64,000 nucleotides of DNA from a virus. Below, piece after piece: positions 10,808 to 19,600 of the stretch (position 1 is the stretch's first letter; each line of letters opens with the position of its first letter). The notes under the pieces were generated by a model. That model searched no databases. It saw only the letters and a list, made by a program, of their open reading frames with translations, and was not told the DNA's origin. The stretch spans positions 2,882-66,881 of the IMG/VR virus record IMGVR_UViG_3300042991_000236, one strand, 5' to 3'. A program made the translations under genes and the position numbers.

Positions 10808-11212
10808 ATGCGATTACCTGGTGAAAATTATGATATTGGTTTTCCGATACCAAATAGTAAACCAGCAGCCTCAACTAAAGCTATTGAACAGGGGAGTACA
10901 TTTACACTCCCCTTTTCTGTGACCTGTAACGATGCTTTGCACCACATAGCTATGACTTACAACGGTTTGAACAATGGAGCCGCAGGGCTCCTTTTATACA
11001 TTGATGGGGTTTCTGTGGCAGGTACTGTAGCTCTTAATCAAACGCTTAGTGCTACTATAACTTCTACTGCAAATTTTCAAATAAGTGGTCGAGCCGGTGC
11101 CGATAGCCTTGCTGGTGGTCTTATTGACGACATCCAGATTTACAATTGTGCCTTACCCCCCTCGGATATCTTAAGAGTTATGGGAATGTTACATCCACTA
11201 TGCAGAGTGTAA
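10808..11212 (+). CDS. LamG/concanavalin-like beta-sandwich domain protein
   Basis: HHIAMTY..LYIDG..IDDIQIYN.AL pattern. Confidence 0.6.
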   Translation: MRLPGENYDIGFPIPNSKPAASTKAIEQGSTFTLPFSVTCNDALHHIAMTYNGLNNGAAGLLLYIDGVSVAGTVALNQTLSATITSTANFQISGRAGADSLAGGLIDDIQIYNCALPPSDILRVMGMLHPLCRV

Positions 11213-11233
11213 ATTTGTGCGGAGGTTATATTT

Positions 11234-11629
11234 ATGATATTCCAGTATGAAAAAACTGGGCACCCTAGATGGAAGTATAGGGTGCTCAACTTTTATGTGT
11301 ATGAAACTTCCTTTTATGTTTGCTGTCCTATAAGCAATACCTGGGTCTATTTAATTCCCAGACGCTTTCTTAAGTTAATAGAAAACTACCACTGGAATGG
11401 TTTAGATTTCTTTCCAGATATTGCATGGATGATGAGAGCAGGGGCGATACATGACGCCCTATGCCAGCTTGCTAATGAAGGATTGCTTTCTCGTAAAATT
11501 GCTGATAAAGAGTTCAGGAGAGTTTTGATTGAAGACTGTCCTGAAAAGCATAAAGACTTCTGGCTTACTGTAGTTGAAGCTATGTATCTTGCTGTACGGG
11601 CATATGCCATATTAAATCGTAAACACTAG
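11234..11629 (+). CDS. DUF1353-like phage protein
   Basis: WNG..AGAIHDALCQ..RKIADKEF..MYLAVR pattern; GGAGG RBS. Confidence 0.55.
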   Translation: MIFQYEKTGHPRWKYRVLNFYVYETSFYVCCPISNTWVYLIPRRFLKLIENYHWNGLDFFPDIAWMMRAGAIHDALCQLANEGLLSRKIADKEFRRVLIEDCPEKHKDFWLTVVEAMYLAVRAYAILNRKH

Positions 11630-11636
11630 GAGCTTT

Positions 11637-12173
11637 ATGAAATTACAGCGAGTTATACCAACGATCATATTGGTTCTATTTGTTCTCAGCTTCTCAGTCG
11701 TATATGGAGCCACACAAGAAAAGTCAGGTTTGGCTGATCACATTACTGATATCCAAGGAATTGGTATTTATATCGCCAAAGTTGTAGTAGCTTCCATAAC
11801 AGGAATGGCTACTGTTATTTGGTTTCTCAGTAATATTGTCTGGAAAAATTGGCAAAAGAAACAGACAGCCAGGTATGAGGAAATTGCTGGTGAAAAAGAT
11901 GTACTTCTTCAGACTCTATCTAAAGAAAATCAACAGCTTCTCAAAGGTCAAGACGCCCTCTTAGAAAATCAAATGATTCTTCGTAAATCAATAATACATA
12001 TACATCTGGATACTCGTAAAAAGTTTGAACGAGTCGTAGGTGTAATGGGTGAATGTAAATCTTGTTCTCAAGCTGTGGAAAACTACAATTATAAAGCAGA
12101 ACATAGACTGGTACTTGATAGTGAGAATGATCATTGGGACGTAAATAACATTCCTAAAATGGAGAAGCCATGA
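11637..12173 (+). CDS. Membrane protein of the lysis cassette (holin/antiholin candidate)
   Basis: Two hydrophobic segments then coiled coil; ATGA overlap with endolysin. Confidence 0.5.
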   Translation: MKLQRVIPTIILVLFVLSFSVVYGATQEKSGLADHITDIQGIGIYIAKVVVASITGMATVIWFLSNIVWKNWQKKQTARYEEIAGEKDVLLQTLSKENQQLLKGQDALLENQMILRKSIIHIHLDTRKKFERVVGVMGECKSCSQAVENYNYKAEHRLVLDSENDHWDVNNIPKMEKP

Positions 12174-12601
12174 CACCTCAAGGAATCATCGTTCATCACT
12201 CTTTAACCAAGGATGGAAAAGTTGTCGACTATGACGCTATCAAGCGTTACCACATGCGAGAGAAAGGTTGGTCTGATATTGGTTATCACTTTATTATTGA
12301 GCAGGTTGGTGATGAAGTAGTCACAATTGATGGCCGTCCATTACATATCTCAGGAGCTCACTGTATAGGCAAGAATAACTATGCCGGCATCTGTGTAGTG
12401 GGTAACTATGACATCGGTAAGGAAATCCTCTCAGACGAGAAAATGGAAGCTCTGGTGGCACTTACTGCAAACCTCATGATTATGTTTGATATCTCTATTG
12501 AAAAGATTAAACGTCACCATGACTACCATCCAAAGTCTTGCCCTGGTACAGGATTTCCTTGGGAAGAGTATCTCGATCTGGTTCGTGAAACTTGTGGGTA
12601 A
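12170..12601 (+). CDS. Endolysin, N-acetylmuramoyl-L-alanine amidase (T7 lysozyme/Amidase_2 type)
   Basis: IIVHHS, GWSDIGYHFII, GAHC.G.N, HHD..KSCPG motifs. Confidence 0.92.
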   Translation: MTPQGIIVHHSLTKDGKVVDYDAIKRYHMREKGWSDIGYHFIIEQVGDEVVTIDGRPLHISGAHCIGKNNYAGICVVGNYDIGKEILSDEKMEALVALTANLMIMFDISIEKIKRHHDYHPKSCPGTGFPWEEYLDLVRETCG

Positions 12602-12932
12602 GTTTGTCACTGAAATAGGATCCAGAACTCAAAGAGCTATTCTTGGTTTAGTGGGTAAGAAATTCGTAGCCTGGTATGCAGCTACTTATTTACTGGTTCA
12701 AAATTATATAAATGGCAGCGAGTGGGTAATGCTCACCGTTGCCGTATTCGCACTACAGATTGCACAGAACAGATTCGGAGGCGGATATGCCATGGATTCA
12801 GGTAGTAGATGGAATTTTGGGTCTACGTATAGTCAAATGGGGGCTGCTAATCCTGGCCGTCATACTAATCGTAATGGCCGGAATGCAGATGTTCAAGATC
12901 CAGATGCTCAAGGCGAAGGTGATGGTGATTGA
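12585..12932 (+). CDS. Putative holin (start uncertain)
   Basis: KKFVAWYAATYLL..SEWVMLTVAVF two-TM pattern between endolysin and spanins. Confidence 0.5.
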   Translation: MKLVGKFVTEIGSRTQRAILGLVGKKFVAWYAATYLLVQNYINGSEWVMLTVAVFALQIAQNRFGGGYAMDSGSRWNFGSTYSQMGAANPGRHTNRNGRNADVQDPDAQGEGDGD

Positions 12933-13164
12933 AGCTGAACGAGATTCAGCCAGGATCGCTATACAGATGCAGAACGAATCCGTGCAGGCGTGGAAAGATG
13001 ACGCTGATCGCTTTAAGGCAAAAGTGGGTGATAGCAAGAAAGCTGCTGATGAGGTGGCTAAAGAGGTCAGAAAGACTCTTGACGATCTCAGTAAACAACA
13101 TATCCCAACAGATTGCTCTGGTGCAGTTGCAGTTGCCAGAAAGTTCATGGCGGTGCCCCAATGA
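12787..13164 (+). CDS. i-spanin (Rz-like)
   Basis: GGAGG RBS; N-terminal TM helix, coiled coil, C-terminal Cys; adjacent to a lipoprotein gene. Confidence 0.7.
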   Translation: MPWIQVVDGILGLRIVKWGLLILAVILIVMAGMQMFKIQMLKAKVMVIEAERDSARIAIQMQNESVQAWKDDADRFKAKVGDSKKAADEVAKEVRKTLDDLSKQHIPTDCSGAVAVARKFMAVPQ

Positions 13165-13409
13165 AAATCATACTGATAACAGCCATTCTTCTATTGACCT
13201 CGGGTTGCTGCAGCCTCTTCTGCAAACCAATCTATATCCCAATCCCTGTTCCTCCTGTCAAAGTCAAACTCGAACCCAATGTCCCATGTGATCTGACAAA
13301 TGATCAGACTTCAGATTCAGAAGTTGTACGGGCCATGCTTAAATGCATAGCTATGAAAAATGGATATATCAAGGATATGAAAACTCGACTGGGAGATTAT
13401 ATTCAATGA
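13161..13409 (+). CDS. o-spanin (Rz1-like lipoprotein)
   Basis: Signal peptide with lipobox LTSG-C; Pro-rich segment; ATGA overlap. Confidence 0.7.
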   Translation: MKIILITAILLLTSGCCSLFCKPIYIPIPVPPVKVKLEPNVPCDLTNDQTSDSEVVRAMLKCIAMKNGYIKDMKTRLGDYIQ

Positions 13410-13549
13410 GAGGTGGTAAAAATTGTGATCCTTGGCTTAACGGAAAATGTAACACCACATCCTGTAAATTCTGGGATCATTGTACTTTGATGAATGATAA
13501 TGCTTTACCACCAGGAACAAATCCGAAAGATTATCAAGGTGATGATTAA
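13406..13549 (+). CDS. Small Cys-containing hypothetical protein
   Basis: ATGA overlap with o-spanin; GGGAG RBS. Confidence 0.35.
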   Translation: MRGGKNCDPWLNGKCNTTSCKFWDHCTLMNDNALPPGTNPKDYQGDD

Positions 13550-13632
13550 GCTATGGCTATAAATCAATAAATATTGTAATAGAATGGGGACAGTTATTTG
13601 TCTCCATTTTTGTAAGTATCCAAGGGGAACCT

Positions 13633-16600
13633 ATGTCAAAACTCACCAGCTGTATTATGCAGCAGAGTCTGCAAGCACAAGAGCGTATACCTAAAGAAGT
13701 CAAAATCTGGGCTTCTAAAGAAAAAATGAAAGAAGCCTCTGAAGCTCTGGAAATACATATACAAAAACTAGAGACTATTAAAAAGAGTGTTCAAGACCAA
13801 TACGCTGATAAGCAAGACGCTTATAAAACACAGCCTGTTGAAAATTCTCTAGCGGCTTCCTATGTTAATCGAGCAGAAACAGATCCCACCAATGAACTGA
13901 ATACGTTTAAAGTAAAACCTACCTTCTGGCAGAATCAGGTTCAGCGGTTCAGAAGTATGACTGCTGCAATCGCTCATATATTCTCTCGTGATGTAGTTAC
14001 GGATGGAGAGAAAGCTGTACTGAACCACTTTATGGAAAAAGGTGGATTTGGTGCAAAGATGAATGTAGCCATTAGAGATATATTCAAGATGAAAGGTATG
14101 GAGGCAGCAGGAAAAGCAAGTAGTTTTAAGTATCGTTACATGGATATGCTTCAGTATCTACCCGGGCACCCAGCTACCTTTAATAAGAAGGCTGATAGGG
14201 ATGCTGCGACAGAGAAGCTACAAAAAGAAGGTTATCTTGATTCAGCAACCAGGAACGCTATAGCCGCCACAGTCTATGAGTGGGTCGCCACTGATGGTAG
14301 GAGAAGCATAAGTCAAACGGAGCAGTCCTTGGGGCGTTTACTGAGCTTAGAAAAGGATGAGTCATTACCACGAAATGCATTTGAACTTTTAGAAGATGCA
14401 GGTACTCATGCTGAGACAGTAGCCAAGCAGATGGGTAGAACAATACTTCAGCGTATGAGCATTGCAGCCGGCCCTAAATCTGATTCTCTAGCACAGGCAA
14501 GGATGGAGTTATCTCTTGGTTACCTGGCTCTGGCTGCCATGGAAGAGATAGGTTTAATTGAACGACAGTCGATTATTGCTGACCATACAATAGATGCTAA
14601 AGCTGGTATGAATAAGAAACAATTAGCAGCCAATCCTATTGGTATTGAGGCTTTAAAAAATGGTCACAATCTTACGAAAGAAAAACTTTTTTATAAGAAG
14701 GATGGTAGTAGGCCAGATCCAAAAGGATTGCTACTGATCAAAACAATAAGAGTTATTGATACTAAAACGCTCAAGGGTATTGAAAGTGTTTTTATGGATG
14801 GGCGCCAAGCTTTTGATAAGCTCTTTGCTAATGAGCCACAAGAATTTGGTGTTCGTTGGGTAGCTAAAAAAGTTAAGTCTTTCCGGATCGGGCGATCCAA
14901 TGTTAATTCCAATACCGAGCAAACTAATAATCTAAATAATTATAACAGCATACCGTATCAGCGTAATGATGGCGCTATTGGTTTTCTGAAGTCAATGTGG
15001 AATCTAATTGATAGCCAGAAATCTGATGAAGAAAAAGATGCAATGACATCTGTATTTCAAGAGATGTTCGGGGCGCCTGCAGCTGACAATTTATTAGACC
15101 TCCACAAGAAAAGTAATGAAGGTATACGAAGAGGTATCACGCAAGATTTTCAGGACATACTTGATTTTGAAATCGAGCGTGAACGAACAGGCAATAATGA
15201 GTTTTACCCAGCATCAGACTTTATGGTTCAGATGCGTATGATCATGCGTGGAGAGATCAATCCGCAGAATAAGAAAATGCATCGAGCTACATTTGCTCCT
15301 ACTGGATTCCAGACAACTTTTAAGAAAGATCCAAAAGGTAAACTAGACCAAGCATTCCTTGAAGCTGTAGCAGTCGCATTTGACCTTGAGACGGGCAAAG
15401 GACTTCTAGGTGATGCTGATGCTCAGGTTGCTGCATTGATGGACATCCTGAGCAATCCTGAGAATAAAAAATATGAAGCTGTATCTAAAGCAATCACAGC
15501 TATTCAAAAATATAACGTCAATGGCGAGATGACCGGAGCAATGTTGCAAGACATTGCGAACGGATCATCGGCCATTGACAATAAAGTAACAGGGCTTAAA
15601 GGTCTCTTCGAGTATGCCAGGTATGCCTCAGTAAAATCGGGTGAAGAATTCACTACCGATATGCATGCTGAGATCGATGGTGTCAGCAATGGTATTATTA
15701 TTGGTATTATACAACTCCTTCCAGACAGTGCCGATAAACGTACTGTATTAGCTATGGCAGCTATGGGTGGGGTCAGTACAAGTGCATTTAAAGAAAGTTT
15801 AAATAAGCTTTTAATCAAGAATAACTTGCATGATGCCTATCAGCGCATGGCTAAAGAGTGGGCACTAAATATTGCCAACTTTAAGCATGACTGGGCTGTA
15901 TCAAAAGATAAACAAGAACAAGTCTTATTTAAACAAGCTATGGCATTAGGTGGAATACTTGGAGAGTTCCAGGATAAAGAAGGGGTTATAAATAATATAA
16001 TTCGTAAGTTGTCCAAACCAAGAACTATGCAGATAGTCTTTGGTGCTGCTACGAAAGGGCAAATTAAATTATTCATGAGTGAGAGTGTTTTACATGATGG
16101 AATATATAAAAAAGTTGAAAAGATTATTGAAAGGGTACGTAAAGTAGATAAGGCAAATCCAGACCCACTATTAAGAGGGGACTTTACAAAGTTGATGGCT
16201 GATGTTGCACTCCTCACAGGTAACAAATCTTTCACGTTAGAAAAATATTTTGCTGTCAACAGCAAAGCAATTATCCTCAAAAACCTGCAAGCCTTCAAGC
16301 TGGAACAGACAGATATCAATGCCCTGACTGAGGCAGTAGAGGCTACTTATGGCAAGGCTATGGAGGGCGCAATTGATACTATCTACGGAGCTTTAATTGA
16401 AGCACGTAAACCTTTAAATGCTGTGGTTCAGTTAGCTGTAACTACCTACAACACTATTCTTAAAAAGTTGGTGGATATTAAAATTCAACAGCAAACTGAT
16501 GACCTGGTTGTTATGAAAGCCCGAGTAGATGAGCTATCTAAACAGCTATACGATCCTACCTTTACTGGTGACAAAGAAGACATTTCCTCACGCCTGGCTC

Positions 16601-19600
16601 AGTACAAAGAAGACATGCAATTCAAAGAAGATCCTACCGTAATTACTAAAGAGGATCTGGCTGACATACTTAAATCTATTGAACATCTTATTCCTAAAAT
16701 AAAGACGCCTATTCATAAGGCTGGTAAAGGTAACGAGAGTTATTTGCCATTGGCAACTGTCGGCAAAAATAGAGCTTACAATAAACAAGCTGAAGTTGAA
16801 CAAGAATACAACGGCAAACTATCAAAATATGTAGGTCATGCTGAAGGTATTCCATATCTGGAAAACTCTGGTGTAGCCCCAGTTATTACTGCCATTCATA
16901 TGATGGATTCTATGGTGGCTAATGGGTTGATGAAACAGAATACTCATTTCTTAAATAACCATGATGGTTTCTCACATGGAATAGGAGACAGTCAAATAAT
17001 AGCTGATGCAGCCAATACCATATTTGGTCAGATAATGACTGATTACAGTATTGCACAGGCGTTTGCTGACATGCATGAAGAGTTAGCAGCAAAAAGTAAC
17101 GAGATGATGAAAGCTCTGGAAGTAACTTCAGATGAACTCCTTTATGGCACCAAAATAGATCCAAAGTCGGGACTGATGACTGGTGGTTTAATTAACGACA
17201 ACGTCATAACATATGAGCTATTGAAGACTGCTCAAATAGTAACTGATAAGCAAAGAAAGGAATTCATTGGAGAAGACTTTTTAGGGGGGGCAGAATATAA
17301 AAAAGCTTTAGAAGAGTTTATGACTTTTGTTACTGAGTCTCTAGGAGATAGTGATGTAGATCAAATATTGGCTGCCCTTACAAAGAATATAAATAGTATG
17401 GCAGAACAGACTGCTAGAAATAAAAAAGAAATTACTGACGCTGTGACTCACTGGGGTAATTACCCGTATCATGGACTGGGTGTAGATGTCACACCTACAA
17501 ACACATCTGGTAAAGTATTTGGTGACATAGATACAAATACGGTTCTGTTCAATGATGAGACTATAAATGAAGTTGATAGATTAACTTTAAAAGAAAGAAT
17601 GGAACAAGGCCATGGTTCCAGTGATACAGATGTATCCATAAACAAGGATGACTACGATCCTGTCCAGATTATTGATCGGAAAAATGTATTAGAAGTCTTG
17701 GATGCAATTGTTGATGTTGATAAAGGATCTCCTCATATCAGTGTTCAAGATTCACCATCACATCTGAGCCATCTGAAGAAAATCCTCAGCTCTCTCGTGG
17801 CACCGGTGATGACTCAGGTTGAACTATTCATGGGTGAGCATAAGATAAACAATGAGACCCAGGGTATGTGGTCAGTCTCAGCTGATGGATCCAAAAAGAT
17901 ATGGATTCAAACTCAGCAGCGATCGACACTTCCCCCATCCGGTATGCTCAGCCATGGCATTCGTATGTCGACAGCTGAAGTTTATGTTCATGAGTTGGTT
18001 CATCATATTACCACTTCTGGATTAAAGAATTATCCTCATTTGCAAAGACAAGCAGAAGCTCTTCGTGAGCTGGCATATTCTGAGTTCAGCAAGATGTATG
18101 GTCAAGAAGCATACCGAGTATTCATGAGCGACCCGAATGCCGACCTGACGGATCCTGCAAACGAATATGAGATAAAAGCAGCCAAGGCCAGATGGAAATA
18201 CGTATTCAATTCAAAACGTAATCCAGATGGCAGCAATAATGGTGTACCTGAGTTTATCTCCCATGGCATAACCAACGAGAACTTCAAACGGGAACTGGCC
18301 AAGCTTACTGTTAGCCAGGAAATAATTGATGCCAGAAAATCCCTGCGAACAGTCTTCGGCCGAAATATGCAGGAGACAGTTGTTAATATTTTCACCTTGG
18401 TTACGAACTTTATTTATGAGCGATTCAATAAACAGCGTCACTCAGATAAAGTTGACCAGGAACTGGAAAACCTTGTACGAGCTATCTCATACACAGAGAG
18501 CAAGAATAAGACGATGTTGGCCCGGGCTGCTATAGCTCTGGAAGGAACACTTACAGCTATTGGTTTAACCATGGATGAAAAGATAGTTGGTAGGGCTAAG
18601 AAGATAATCAATAGCACAGCGGTTGGTAAAGCAGTAGAGGCAATAAAAGAATTTCCTGAATTAAACAATATGCTTTCTTATCAGATGAGGATTGCCCTCC
18701 ATTGGTATCATAGCCAGCAGCAAGGATTGATCCCCGCTGTATGGTCAGAGATGCAAGGGGTGACAGAAAGAGTCAAGCCTCTCCATGATATGATCAGAAT
18801 GGCTAAGTATGTCAGAGACCATGCAAAGAATGAAGCTGCAGCTACTATCCGGAAAGACTTGAAAGCTTTATTTAAAGAGCCTCTGGATACATTTACCAAA
18901 TCAGCCATCACAAAAGTGCTGCTTAAAACCGATGTCAGTTACCTGGTTGGTAAAGGCCTATCATCTCAAGTCATTACTGGTTATGTTTCCGATTCCTCTA
19001 AAAGAGAGGCTCGTATCAAAGAGATCCTTAAACAGATCAATCAGGATCCAAACCTTCAGCCATACGCACACTTCTTTGAGAATGCAGCTGATGACCTTGG
19101 TTACTTTATGATTAATAGTGTGCCCAAGAACTCAGTAGATGTACCTCTTATGAATGCCCATAATATTGTGGCAATAGCTGAGCGTACATATGACGCTGAA
19201 CACCAGATAAAATCGTATCCTAACGCTGTAGATCTGGTTGAGCAGTTGGCAACTCTGTACTCTCTCCGATACGTTAAAGGATCTGACAGAAATGCAGCAG
19301 TCAAAGTCATGACTGAAAACTGGTCAGCTATGGAAGATATCTTGAATCGGCATAATGCTTTAAAGGATCGTGCGTTCAAGGATACATTCTACGGTAATCC
19401 ATACGAGATGACCAAGGGCTATACGAAACAGATCCTCAACTCTAGGATACAGTTCGAGATGGCGCATGTTGCGGATCCAACAAATCCAAATGATCCTACT
19501 CGTAAAATGTACGAAGACGCCGGCTATTACATGCAGATTTCTCCTCTGAAGAGGGATCCAAAGGATCCAGTACAATCAGATATCTATCTGTTCAAATCTA

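Noticed and set aside
10785-13632. Intron or split intein rejoining the two vRNAP parts
   Set aside because: The gap is filled with ordinary lysis genes; no intein blocks at either terminus and no intron core seen
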